Below, in pieces: positions 16,513 through 26,475 of a DNA stretch of 64,000 nucleotides. The notes below the pieces were generated by a model, which saw only the letters and a list, made by a program, of their open reading frames with translations, did no database searches and was not told where the DNA came from. The stretch's first letter is position 1, and each line of letters starts with the position of its first letter. Made by a program: the position numbers and the translations under genes. The stretch lies in contig CP066691.1 in assembly GCA_016432485.1 (NCBI GenBank), forward strand, positions 676,944 through 740,943. The letters run 5' to 3'. This DNA is from Candidatus Niyogibacteria bacterium (GTDB lineage: Bacteria; Patescibacteriota; Minisyncoccia; HO2-45-28).

Positions 16513-17784
16513 ATGAAATTTTATAAAAAAATTCTGCCAAGCGGATTAAAAATAATTACCGCACCCATGTCGGGGACGGAAGCGATGACTATTTTGGTTT
16601 TGGTCGGCACCGGCTCAAAATATGAAACTAAAGGAACTAACGGCATATCGCATTTTTTGGAACATCTTTTTTTCAAAGGCACCGAGCATCGTCCGAACGC
16701 CGGCGATGTGCATCGGGATTTGGATCGTTTGGGCGCGGAGCATAACGCCTTCACTTCACAGGAAGTTACCGGCTACTGGGTTAAAGCCGCGGCCAAGCAT
16801 TTTGACGCGGCCTTGGACATTGTTTCGGACATTTTACTTGAGCCGTTATTTAAAGCGGAAGAAATTGAGCGCGAACGCGGCGTAATTTTGCAGGAAATCA
16901 GCATGTACGAGGATATGCCGCAAAGAAAAATATTTACGGTTTGGGAAGATCTTTTGTACGGCGACCAGCCCGCCGGATGGGATATAGCCGGCCCGCCCGC
17001 GACCATACGCAGGATAAAAAGAGAAGAAATTATCGGTTATAAAGAGGGGCAATATGTGGCCGCAAACACTTTAGTAATAGCAGCCGGAAATATTGACCAA
17101 AAGTCGGCGGAATCAAAAATCGCCGGAATCTTTAAAAAATTCAAGCACGGCCATCCGAATCCAAAAAAGAAAGTCAAAGAAAGTCAAATCAGGCCCGCCA
17201 TAAAATTTGAATTTAAAAAAACCGACCAGACCCATCTGGCTTTGGGTTTTCGCGGTTACGATATGTATGACCGGAGGCGTTACGCTCTCGGCCTTTTGAG
17301 CGTGATCCTCGGAGGCAACACTTCAAGCCGTTTGTTTGACGAAATTCGCGAAAAGCTGGGGCTGGCTTATTATGTGCGCGCGGCGGCCCAGCAATACACC
17401 GATTCCGGCTATCTCATATCTAACGCCGGCATACCTCACTCGGAATTGCCGAGAGTGATTAAGAAGATAATTGAAATTTTTAAAGACCTCAAAGAAAATG
17501 GCGTGTCAAACGAAGAAATTAAGTTCGCCAAAGATTATCTCCGCGGAACAATGGCGCTTTCTTTTGAGTCCTCCGACGAGATTGCTTCTTTTTTCGGTGA
17601 GCAGGCGCTTTTTTACAAAAAAATAAAAATGCCCCGGGAGATTTTTAAGGATATTGAAAAAGTAAGCAGAAATGATATTATGAGAGTGATTAGAGAGCTT
17701 TTCCGGCCGGCCAAAATAAATTTGGCGGTCATCGGTCCGCACAAGGAATCCGGCGACTATATCTCTCTTCTTAAGAAATTTTAA
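16513..17784 (+). CDS. M16-family (insulinase/pitrilysin-like) zinc peptidase
   Basis: Inverted zinc motif HFLEH (GISHFLEHLFFKGT) and downstream E. Confidence 0.8.
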   Translation: MKFYKKILPSGLKIITAPMSGTEAMTILVLVGTGSKYETKGTNGISHFLEHLFFKGTEHRPNAGDVHRDLDRLGAEHNAFTSQEVTGYWVKAAAKHFDAALDIVSDILLEPLFKAEEIERERGVILQEISMYEDMPQRKIFTVWEDLLYGDQPAGWDIAGPPATIRRIKREEIIGYKEGQYVAANTLVIAAGNIDQKSAESKIAGIFKKFKHGHPNPKKKVKESQIRPAIKFEFKKTDQTHLALGFRGYDMYDRRRYALGLLSVILGGNTSSRLFDEIREKLGLAYYVRAAAQQYTDSGYLISNAGIPHSELPRVIKKIIEIFKDLKENGVSNEEIKFAKDYLRGTMALSFESSDEIASFFGEQALFYKKIKMPREIFKDIEKVSRNDIMRVIRELFRPAKINLAVIGPHKESGDYISLLKKF

Positions 17785-18803
17785 TGCCAAACCTGACTAA
17801 AATAGAAATTTCAACCGGCACGTTTCTTCGCGCCATACTTTTGATTTTGGGATTTGTTTTTCTGTATTTTATACGGGATGTCGTCGCGGTAATTCTTTTT
17901 TCCGTAGTGATTGCGTCGGCTGTTGAGCCGGCAGCCCAGTGGTTTATGCGTTATCGCCTTCCGAGGGTTCTTGGCGTGCTTTTGGTCTACATTATTGTTT
18001 TTTCTCTTGTGGCATCCGCTTTTTCCCTGATTATTCCTCCGCTTTTTGCCGAAATTTCCGCGGTTTCTTCGGAATCGCTGATTAAGAGCGCTTCCGGAGC
18101 GTTTTTTAACATCGCGCCGCAGCTGCCGGCCTCCATATCCGGCGTAATAACCGGATTTATTGAGAACTCCAGAGTTTATGTTGAAAAATTGGCCGGAGGA
18201 TTTTTTCAAGCAACCTCTGCCCTGTTCGGCGGCGCCCTCTCTTTTATTTTAATTGTTGTCATATCTTTTTATCTCTCGGTGCAGGAAAGAGGTATTGAGG
18301 GTTTTTTAAAGATTGTTGTTCCGCTTGAATATGAGAGATATGTGTTGGATTTATGGTCGCGGGTTCGGCGCAAAATGGGCTCGTGGATGCAGTCCCAAAT
18401 ACTTTTAGGAGTGCTGGTAGGAGTTTTGGTTTTTATCGGTTTGACTATTTTGCAGATTAAATTTGCTTTGTCTCTCGCGATTATCGCGGCCATCTTTGAG
18501 ATTCTTCCGGTTTTCGGACCGATACTTGCCGCGATTCCGGCGGTTCTTTTGGCTTTTTTGCAGAGCCCGGCTCTGGGTCTTATGGTTATAATTTTTTATT
18601 TCATAGTTCAGCAATTTGAAAATCATCTTATTGTGCCCGTGCTTTTCAAGAAGGCGGTAGGGGTTCCTCCGATCCTGGTAGTTTTGGCTTTAATCGTCGG
18701 AGGAAAGCTCGGAGGTTTTTTCGGTCTTTTACTCGCGGTGCCGGTGGCAGTGGTTTTGGTGGAGTTTTTAAATGATATAGCCGCAAGGAAGCAGATTGGC
18801 TGA
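17784..18803 (+). CDS. AI-2E family transporter (PerM/UPF0118)
   Basis: Multi-TM protein, N-terminal FLRAILLILGFVFLYFIRDVVAVILFSVVIASAVEP characteristic of AI-2E family. Confidence 0.7.
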   Translation: MPNLTKIEISTGTFLRAILLILGFVFLYFIRDVVAVILFSVVIASAVEPAAQWFMRYRLPRVLGVLLVYIIVFSLVASAFSLIIPPLFAEISAVSSESLIKSASGAFFNIAPQLPASISGVITGFIENSRVYVEKLAGGFFQATSALFGGALSFILIVVISFYLSVQERGIEGFLKIVVPLEYERYVLDLWSRVRRKMGSWMQSQILLGVLVGVLVFIGLTILQIKFALSLAIIAAIFEILPVFGPILAAIPAVLLAFLQSPALGLMVIIFYFIVQQFENHLIVPVLFKKAVGVPPILVVLALIVGGKLGGFFGLLLAVPVAVVLVEFLNDIAARKQIG

Positions 18804-20371
18804 TGTCCGAGAAATTTTATATAACTACGGCCATAGCTTATGTTAACGCGCGACCGCATGTCGGTTTTGCTTTGGAGTTGGTTCAGGCGGACGCCATCGC
18901 CCGCTGGCACAAACTTAAGGGGCGGGAGGTTTATTTTCTTACGGGGACCGATGAACATGGCGCCAAAAACATCCGCGCCGCCCAAAAAGCGGGAAAAGAT
19001 ATAAAGGAGTTCGCGGATACAAACGCGTCTATTTTTAAAAAACTTGTTTCAGATCTCGGAATTTCAGCTGATGATTTCATACGCACTTCAGACCAAATCC
19101 GCCATTTCCCCGGAGCGCAGGAACTCTGGAAAAAACTTGAAGCGTCGGGAGATATTTATAAAAAAAAATATCGCGGTCTTTACTGCGTGGGGCATGAGGC
19201 CTTTGTGACCCAAAAGGACTTGATTGGAGGCAAGTGCGCCGACCACGACGCGGAGCCGGAAATTATAGAAGAAGAAAATTATTTTTTCCGCCTCTCACGC
19301 TTTACTCAAGAAATAAAAAAAGCGCTTTCTTCGGGTGAGTTGCGGATATACCCCGAATCGCGCCGGAATGAAATGCTGGCTTTTATTGAAGGGGGTCTGG
19401 AAGATGTAAGTTTTTCTCGGCCGTCAAAAGATATTTCCTGGGGAGTGCCCGTCCCCGGAGATGCCGCGCAAACAATGTATGTCTGGTCGGACGCCCTGGC
19501 TAACTACATAACCGCGCTCGGCTTCGGTTCTGAAAATTTGGAAAAATTCAAGAAATTCTGGCCGGCCGATTTGCATGTTTTGGGCAAAGATATTTTGCGC
19601 TTTCACGCTTTAATCTGGCCCGGCATGCTTCTCTCCGCGGGGCTTCCTTTGCCCAAGGGAATTTTCGTTCACGGCTTTATTAAGGTCGGCGGGCGGAAAA
19701 TGTCCAAAACACTCGGCAATGTCATTGACCCGATTGATTTTATTGAACGACACGGGCGTGATCCGCTCCGTTATTATCTTCTGCGCGAAATCCTGACGCA
19801 CGAGGACGGCGATTTAACCGAAGAAAAATTCATAGAGGCTTATAACGCCAATTTGGCCAACGGCCTTGGGAATTATGTGAGCCGAGTAGTGAAAATGATA
19901 GAGCAATATTTCGGCGGCGTTTTACAAAAGCCGTCTGACGCCGAAATATCCGCCGTTCCTATGAAAAAACGCGCCTCTTTTTTCAGGTCTGAAGATGAGG
20001 GCGCGAAACTGGAGCTGGTTTCCCCGCCTTATTTTATTGATCGGGTGGTTTGGCCGGCCTATGACAAATCAATGGAAGATTATCAGTTAAAATCCGCCCT
20101 TGATTTGGTTTGGTCGCTGATAGCGGAACTTGATTTATATATTCAAGCCTACGAGCCGTTTAAACTCATAAAGATCGAACCGGAAAAAACCAAAGTTATT
20201 TTGTGGAATCTGGCTTACGGCGCTTTAAGCGTTGGCTGGATGCTTAAGCCGTTTATGCCGGAGACCTCCGAAAAGATATTTAAGGCCTTTGGCGTTGATT
20301 TTGGGTCAAAAGAAGAGTGGCGCGAGGTTCGGGTGAAACTTGACGAGCCGCTGTTTTTGAGAATTTCTTAA
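18803..20371 (+). CDS. metG: methionyl-tRNA synthetase
   Basis: ITTAIAYVNARPHVGFALE (HIGH region), KMSKTLGN (KMSKS). Confidence 0.9.
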   Translation: MSEKFYITTAIAYVNARPHVGFALELVQADAIARWHKLKGREVYFLTGTDEHGAKNIRAAQKAGKDIKEFADTNASIFKKLVSDLGISADDFIRTSDQIRHFPGAQELWKKLEASGDIYKKKYRGLYCVGHEAFVTQKDLIGGKCADHDAEPEIIEEENYFFRLSRFTQEIKKALSSGELRIYPESRRNEMLAFIEGGLEDVSFSRPSKDISWGVPVPGDAAQTMYVWSDALANYITALGFGSENLEKFKKFWPADLHVLGKDILRFHALIWPGMLLSAGLPLPKGIFVHGFIKVGGRKMSKTLGNVIDPIDFIERHGRDPLRYYLLREILTHEDGDLTEEKFIEAYNANLANGLGNYVSRVVKMIEQYFGGVLQKPSDAEISAVPMKKRASFFRSEDEGAKLELVSPPYFIDRVVWPAYDKSMEDYQLKSALDLVWSLIAELDLYIQAYEPFKLIKIEPEKTKVILWNLAYGALSVGWMLKPFMPETSEKIFKAFGVDFGSKEEWREVRVKLDEPLFLRIS

Positions 20372-20379
20372 TTTTTGGC

Positions 20380-21231
20380 ATGTTGATTGACTCACACGCC
20401 CATTTGCAATTCAAGGACTTTGACGAAGACCGCGAGGAAGTGATAAAAAGGACTCTTGATGGCGGGATATTATGCATTAATGTCGGGACGGATTTAAAAA
20501 TGTCCGAAAGTGCGATTAAGCTCGCGGAACATTATGACGGTTTTTGGGCGACTGTCGGTTTGCATCCGACTGACTTATCCGAGGATTTTAATTTTGAGGA
20601 TTATGAAAAATTAGCTGTCCATCCGAAAGCTGTCGCAATAGGCGAGTGCGGATTTGATTACTATCGCTTGTCCGTCAAAGTCTTGGCGAAGGCGGACGCG
20701 ACTCCCGAAAGCCGCGTCAAACAGGAAAAAATTTTTCGCGCGCAAGTTGGACTCGCCAAAAAAGTGGGCAAACCACTTATGCTTCACTGCCGGCCATCGC
20801 AAAATTCCGCCCCCTCTTCGCTAAAGCTACGAGGGGCAAGCAAATCCTATTCGGATGACGCGTATCTGGACATGCTTCGGGTTTTAAAAGAAGAAGGAGG
20901 CGATAAAATCGGAGGAAATGTGCATTTTTTCGTCGGTTCCAAAGATATTGCCGAAAAATTCCTGGAAATCGGCTTTTCGTTTTCTTTTTCCGGCGTCATT
21001 ACCATTACTGATATGTATGACGAAGTGGTAAAATTTTTGCCGCTTGACTCAATTTTAATTGAGACCGACGCTCCATATGCCGCGCCCGTTCCGTATCGCG
21101 GTAAACGAAACGAGCCGCTATATGTTCGCGAAGTCGCCAAACGTCTGGCAGAGCTTCGCGAAAAGTCATTTGAGGAAATTGCCGAAATCACCGCCCAAAA
21201 CGCCAAAAGAGTTTTTAACCTGAAGTTTTGA
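20380..21231 (+). CDS. tatD: TatD-family metal-dependent hydrolase
   Basis: MLIDSHAHLQF..., LHCR..., terminal DAPY motifs of TatD; small S/P-rich insertion after LHCR. Confidence 0.8.
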   Translation: MLIDSHAHLQFKDFDEDREEVIKRTLDGGILCINVGTDLKMSESAIKLAEHYDGFWATVGLHPTDLSEDFNFEDYEKLAVHPKAVAIGECGFDYYRLSVKVLAKADATPESRVKQEKIFRAQVGLAKKVGKPLMLHCRPSQNSAPSSLKLRGASKSYSDDAYLDMLRVLKEEGGDKIGGNVHFFVGSKDIAEKFLEIGFSFSFSGVITITDMYDEVVKFLPLDSILIETDAPYAAPVPYRGKRNEPLYVREVAKRLAELREKSFEEIAEITAQNAKRVFNLKF

Positions 21232-21234
21232 AAG

Positions 21235-21272
21235 TAACACATTTTTAACAATTGTTAAAAATATGTTACCGG
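21235..21272. promoter_or_regulatory. 18-bp-arm near-perfect palindrome between convergent tatD and aldehyde dehydrogenase genes (bidirectional terminator or operator)
   Basis: GTAACACATTTTTAACAAT|ATTGTTAAAAATATGTTAC (1 mismatch); followed by GCTCCGAC-AATTC-GTCGGAGC hairpin. Confidence 0.4.
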
Positions 21273-21345
21273 AGTAAAACAAAAAGCTCCGACAATTCGT
21301 CGGAGCTGGGTTTGCAAAGTGGTCCAAGTCCGACTTGGACCAAAC

Positions 21346-23058
21346 TTATTGTTTGGAAAGATTCATGCCGCCTCGCGCCAAAACCTCTTGTGCGGCTTTC
21401 CTGTATTCCTCATCAGCTCCCGCCGGATAAAAACCGGAAAATGTCTGTTGAGATCCAAAGAGCGCCAGCGCATTTTTACCTTTTACGCCGTTTGGTGAAG
21501 ATGCCGAGCGCAGACCGCCGAAACATTCCGTTTCAACAAGCGCGCCGGTGCATTTCCTGTTCCAGTACAAGTTTCCGGCAGGTATTACGCTCATCATTCG
21601 CTTCAATGCTTCAAGGTCTCGGCAGAATACGGAGCCCGTAAGCGCGAACTCCGTACGCTTGCACATCTGTTCCACTTCGTCCAGGTTGCCGAACGGCACA
21701 ACCGTGCTTACGGGACCGAAAAATTCGGTGTTCATAACTTTCCATGTCGCATATCTATTATCTATTGATCCATGAAGCATTAAGACCGTTGGCGGAAAGT
21801 CGCTTGCCGAAACCTCATCAATTTTTTTCTGATAAAGTTTAAATACTATACCCAAATGCTCGAGCTCCTCTATCTTTTCAGCTAATGAGTTTTTGGCCTC
21901 AACAGTAATCATTGCTCCCAGGTAAGTGCCCTGCTTGACATCACCATAGCGAATTTGTTCCAGCTGTTCCAGCGTCGTTTGCATAAATTGCGTCTGAATA
22001 TTTCGGTCCACAAACGCGATTCGCGCCGAGGAACACTTCTGCCCCGAACGTCCGATGAATGATTTTACATATTCCTTCGCGGCATGAATTGGGTCGGCAT
22101 CTTCACAAACGACAAAAATGTTTACGCCGCTTGTTTCGGCCGAACCGTAAACAAGTTCCGCTTTGCCGTGATATCCATAGCGAAGAAAGTCCCTGTAGTT
22201 TCGTCTGATTGCCCTGAAGACCTCGCTTGAGCCGGTAAAAGAAAGACCGGAAACATGGGGACTCGAAAGAAACGCGTCAACCACCTCTTTGCCTCCGGGA
22301 GCGTAGTTAATCACTCCGTCCCAACCAATACCCGTTCGCTCAAATGCTACTCTGATGCTTTCCCAGACAAGATATCCGCAAAGAGATGCTTTTGGCGACG
22401 GCTTCATAATAACTGCGTTGCCCATAGCGAGCGCTTTGGTCGCCATATCTATTGGAATAGCGCCGGGGAAATTGAACGGTTCAACATCAAGAAACACGCC
22501 GTGCGGGAAAAAACACTTTCCGTTTAGGTCGCTAGCAAACTTCGGACTTGGAATCAGCAAGTCGCGGTTAAGTTCTTCAAGATACATCGCGTTTACAAGA
22601 GGAAAATCAACTTCTTCGTCTGTTTCACCTATGGCTTCGGCAACGGATTGCCCCGTCTCGTACATTTTCGCGGCACACAAAAGCCAGAAACGCTCTTTGA
22701 CCACTCGCGAAATCATTTCAAGAAGTTCTACTCGCTTCGGCCAAGGATTTTTTTCAAAAAATCTGCGCCCGGCATCGCGAATAGCTTCAGTATGTGGATT
22801 AATACTCCAAGGAAAATATTGTTCAAATTTCCCTATTATATGTGGATTTGCTGCCGGCGAGTTTGGATCAACGGTTGTAAAAAAGCTTGCCGGCACGTAT
22901 TTAGTGCCGCTGAGAATCCACGGAAAATAGCTTCCAAGATAATCTTGCTCGAATTGTTTAATCCCGTCAGCAAGTTTTTTCGCCGTTTCAGGGTCAGACG
23001 GATTCGGATAAACCTTGCCTGAAAGCTGTCTCTGAATGCGCTCACGAACAGAACTCAT
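21346..23058 (-). CDS. aldehyde dehydrogenase family protein (1-pyrroline-5-carboxylate dehydrogenase-like)
   Basis: ALDH motifs FTGSSEVFRAI, FGPVSTVVPF, catalytic Cys region NRKCTGALV; RBS AGGAGG upstream. Confidence 0.65.
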   Translation of the reverse strand: MSSVRERIQRQLSGKVYPNPSDPETAKKLADGIKQFEQDYLGSYFPWILSGTKYVPASFFTTVDPNSPAANPHIIGKFEQYFPWSINPHTEAIRDAGRRFFEKNPWPKRVELLEMISRVVKERFWLLCAAKMYETGQSVAEAIGETDEEVDFPLVNAMYLEELNRDLLIPSPKFASDLNGKCFFPHGVFLDVEPFNFPGAIPIDMATKALAMGNAVIMKPSPKASLCGYLVWESIRVAFERTGIGWDGVINYAPGGKEVVDAFLSSPHVSGLSFTGSSEVFRAIRRNYRDFLRYGYHGKAELVYGSAETSGVNIFVVCEDADPIHAAKEYVKSFIGRSGQKCSSARIAFVDRNIQTQFMQTTLEQLEQIRYGDVKQGTYLGAMITVEAKNSLAEKIEELEHLGIVFKLYQKKIDEVSASDFPPTVLMLHGSIDNRYATWKVMNTEFFGPVSTVVPFGNLDEVEQMCKRTEFALTGSVFCRDLEALKRMMSVIPAGNLYWNRKCTGALVETECFGGLRSASSPNGVKGKNALALFGSQQTFSGFYPAGADEEYRKAAQEVLARGGMNLSKQ

Positions 23059-23143
23059 CTTATTCCTCCTTTTTAGCTCCGACCTTGTCTTGCTAGCGTC
23101 GGAGTTGTCAAAAACCGTCTTTATCTTAACGCCGTTTTTTTTA

Positions 23144-23172
23144 TTGTCAATCGGCGGCGGAGTAGTTAAAAT
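23144..23172 (+). promoter_or_regulatory. sigma70-like promoter (TTGTCA-17-TAAAAT) for leuS
   Basis: Spacing 17 nt; 10 nt upstream of leuS ATG region. Confidence 0.45.
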
Positions 23173-23182
23173 AACTAAATAA

Positions 23183-26164
23183 ATGCCTGATTACGATTTC
23201 AATAAAATAGAAAAGAAGTGGTCGGAAAAGTGGCTTAAGGATAAAACTTACGAGCCCCTCGACTTCGCTCGGGGTAAACCGGATTTAGACAAGGCCAAAA
23301 AGCCCTTCTACAACCTGATGATGTTTCCGTATCCTTCGGCCGAGGGGCTTCATGTGGGCAATATGTACGCGTTTACCGGCGCGGATATTTATGGCCGGAA
23401 AAAAAGAATGGAGGGCAAGGATGTTTTTGAGCCAATCGGCCTTGACGGTTTCGGGATTCATTCGGAAAATTACGCCTTAAAAATCGGCAAACACCCCAAA
23501 AAACTGGCGCAAGAGACAGAAAAAAGATTTTACGAGCAGTTGAAAATGATTGGCAACGGATTTTCTTGGGATGAACGGCTTGAGACATACGACCCCGAAT
23601 ATTACAAATGGACCCAGTGGATTTTTGTTCAGATGTTTAAGCGGGGGCTCGCCTATCGCAAAAAAGCCAGCGTTAATTGGTGCGCGCAATGTTTAACGGT
23701 TTTAGCCGATGAACAGGTGCTTGCGGGCGAGTGCGAAAGGTGCGGGACAAAAGTAATTAAAAAAGAACTTGAGCAATGGTTTTTTAAAATTACGGATTAC
23801 GCCGAGCGGCTTTTGAATGATATTGAAAAAATAGATTGGTCCAAACGAATTAAGATTGCCCAGAAAAATTGGATTGGGAAGTCAGAAGGAGCGTTAATAA
23901 AATTTCCGCTAAAAGCTAAGAGCTTACAGCTAAAAGTTGAAACAGAGGTTTTTACGACGAGGCCGGATACTTTATTTGGAGCAACATACCTTGTGTTAAG
24001 CCCGGAACATCCGTGGCTTACACAAGAAATCCTAAATTCTAAATCCGAAATCCTAAACAAATCCGAAATCCGAAATTATATAGAAAAATCCAAGGCAAAA
24101 ACCGAAGAAGAAAGAATTGCCGAAAGGGGCGACTCGCCTTCGCATAAAGCTTCGGCGGAGCAAGGAAAAACGGGAGTAGAATTGAAAGGAATTAAGGCAA
24201 TAAATCCGGCAACGAAAGAAGAAATACCAATATGGATTGCAGACTATGTTTTGGCGGGCTATGGCACTGGCGCGATTATGGCAGTTCCGGCGCATGACCA
24301 GCGCGATTTTGAGTTTGCACAGAAATTCGGGCTAGAAGTTAGGGAAGTTATTCGGCCGGTCTACGGGGAGCCACACGAAGGCGCGGAGTTTAGAAGGACT
24401 GTTACGGCTATAGTCCAAAGAAAAAGCGATGGTAAGTTTTTAGTCGTGAAGTGGAATAAATTTAATTGGGTGTCTTTGCCTATAGGCGGAATTGACGAAG
24501 GGGAGACGGCAGAAGAAACAGCGGTTCGCGAAGTATTTGAAGAAACTGGGCACAGAGTAAGACCGGTAAAAAAATTAGGCGGTGAGGTTACAATGCATTT
24601 TTTTGCTGAGAACAAAAATGTATGGAGACATAGATTGGATCAGCCTGTACTGCTTGAGTTGGTTGACGAAAACCAGACGGAGCGAAGTATTGAAGAAAAG
24701 GAGAAGTTGGAGCCAGTATGGATGAGCGGAGAAGAACTTATAAGATCAATAACCCATGAATACAATGTTATTGGCGTAAAGCGTTTTCTGGGTTTTGAGC
24801 TGGCGTATCAAGGACGGGGGGAATTGGTTAATTCCGGCGTTTTTGATGGAATGGATTCAGAGAAAGCAAAGCGGGAGATTACTAAATTTGTTGGCGGGGA
24901 AATAAAAAGTCAATATCATCTTCGCGATTGGCTTATATCCCGCCAGCGTTACTGGGGGCCTCCAATCCCGATGATTTTTTGCCCCGCCTGCGCCAACTCG
25001 GCCTTCGTAGCTACTTCGGCGAAGGAGGCGGCTTCGGCGGGCAAGAAAAATGCCGGTTGGCAACCCGTGCCGGAAAAAGACCTGCCTGTTTTACTGCCGG
25101 ACATAAAGAATTTTCGTCCGACAGGAACGGATAAATCTCCGCTGGCGACAGTTGAAGAATTCGTAAAAGCGAAATGCCCGAAATGCGGCGGGGAAGCACG
25201 AAGGGAAACGGATGTTTCAGACACTTTTTTGGATTCGGCCTGGTATTTTTTCAGATATATTGACCACGAAAATAAGCAAGAAGCTTTTAGCCGGAAGCTC
25301 GCGAAGCGCTGGCTTCCCGTGGATATGTATATCGGAGGCGCCGAGCACGCCGTTTTGCATCTTTTATACACAAGATTTTTAACCAAAGTTTTTTATGATT
25401 GGGGTTTGATTGATTTTGACGAGCCATTCAAAAAGTTCCGCGCGCATGGACTTTTAATAAAAGACGGCGCGAAAATGTCCAAGTCAAAAGGCAATGTGGT
25501 GAATCCCGACGATTATATAAATAAATTCGGCGCGGATACTCTTAGAATGTATTTGATGTTTTTGGGGCCGTTTGACGAGGGCGGAGATTTTAGAGATGAA
25601 AGCATCGCGGGCGCTGTCAGGTTTTTGAATAGGGTCTGGAAGTTGAAAGAAAAAATCACCCCGTCATCCGACGGGGTGCCCGGTCGAATGACCGGGCAAA
25701 ATCCCAAATTAGAAATCATACTGAATCAATCAATTAAAAAAATCGGAGATGATATTGAGAAACTTCATTACAATACCGCGATTTCCCAATTGATGATTTT
25801 ATTAAGCTCGTTTGAAAACGGATGCGACGAAAAAAGTTTTAAAATATTTTTGAAACTTCTCGCGCCCTTCGCTCCGTTTCTTGTAGAAGAGCTCTGGCAT
25901 AAATTGGGGGAGTCAGAAAGTATTCATACATCAAAATGGCCCGAATACGACGAATCAAAAATTAAAGAGGAGATGAAAACGATAATTGTGCAGATCAACG
26001 GAAAAGTCCGCGAAAAATTTGAAATATCATCTAAGGACTCGGATGAAGAAATTAAAATACAAACGTTGAATCTCCCGAAGATAAAAGAATTCCTTGGCGG
26101 AAAAAATCCTCAAAAGATAATCGTGGCCAGAAATCGGTTGGTAAATATAGTGCTTGCAAAATAG
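23183..26164 (+). CDS. leuS: leucyl-tRNA synthetase with an inserted Nudix hydrolase domain
   Basis: HIGH-like FPYPSAEGLHVGN, KMSKSKGN, CP1 editing domain; insert 24340-24780 with canonical Nudix box GGIDEGETAEETAVREVFEETGH. Confidence 0.9.
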   Translation: MPDYDFNKIEKKWSEKWLKDKTYEPLDFARGKPDLDKAKKPFYNLMMFPYPSAEGLHVGNMYAFTGADIYGRKKRMEGKDVFEPIGLDGFGIHSENYALKIGKHPKKLAQETEKRFYEQLKMIGNGFSWDERLETYDPEYYKWTQWIFVQMFKRGLAYRKKASVNWCAQCLTVLADEQVLAGECERCGTKVIKKELEQWFFKITDYAERLLNDIEKIDWSKRIKIAQKNWIGKSEGALIKFPLKAKSLQLKVETEVFTTRPDTLFGATYLVLSPEHPWLTQEILNSKSEILNKSEIRNYIEKSKAKTEEERIAERGDSPSHKASAEQGKTGVELKGIKAINPATKEEIPIWIADYVLAGYGTGAIMAVPAHDQRDFEFAQKFGLEVREVIRPVYGEPHEGAEFRRTVTAIVQRKSDGKFLVVKWNKFNWVSLPIGGIDEGETAEETAVREVFEETGHRVRPVKKLGGEVTMHFFAENKNVWRHRLDQPVLLELVDENQTERSIEEKEKLEPVWMSGEELIRSITHEYNVIGVKRFLGFELAYQGRGELVNSGVFDGMDSEKAKREITKFVGGEIKSQYHLRDWLISRQRYWGPPIPMIFCPACANSAFVATSAKEAASAGKKNAGWQPVPEKDLPVLLPDIKNFRPTGTDKSPLATVEEFVKAKCPKCGGEARRETDVSDTFLDSAWYFFRYIDHENKQEAFSRKLAKRWLPVDMYIGGAEHAVLHLLYTRFLTKVFYDWGLIDFDEPFKKFRAHGLLIKDGAKMSKSKGNVVNPDDYINKFGADTLRMYLMFLGPFDEGGDFRDESIAGAVRFLNRVWKLKEKITPSSDGVPGRMTGQNPKLEIILNQSIKKIGDDIEKLHYNTAISQLMILLSSFENGCDEKSFKIFLKLLAPFAPFLVEELWHKLGESESIHTSKWPEYDESKIKEEMKTIIVQINGKVREKFEISSKDSDEEIKIQTLNLPKIKEFLGGKNPQKIIVARNRLVNIVLAK

Positions 26165-26247
26165 ATATAGTTGTGTTATAATTTGAGCAGTTAAAAGGCG
26201 TTGTCGTTCCCTGACAAATAAACCCTTTTAAGAGGAAGGAGAGCCCT

Positions 26248-26475
26248 ATGTTTCGCCGGTTGAGAAATTGCGTCGGCATCCTTTTGGTTTTGGTTTTTCT
26301 TTTCGGATGCGGCGCGCAAAAGCCCTCCGACCCCATCGACTGGGGAACGCGAAAAGAAGAATCGTTTGGTGACGGCGGGTGGAGAGCGGCTCCGCCAGGA
26401 TTCATTCAAAGCTGTATCAGTCCTTCCAGCGAAGTAGCTGACGAGGACTGCGTCAGAGGAGGGTTTAAGAAATGA
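26248..26475 (+). CDS. small lipoprotein of unknown function
   Basis: RBS AGGAAGGAG; signal peptide with lipobox LVFLFGC; 75 aa. Confidence 0.5.
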   Translation: MFRRLRNCVGILLVLVFLFGCGAQKPSDPIDWGTRKEESFGDGGWRAAPPGFIQSCISPSSEVADEDCVRGGFKK

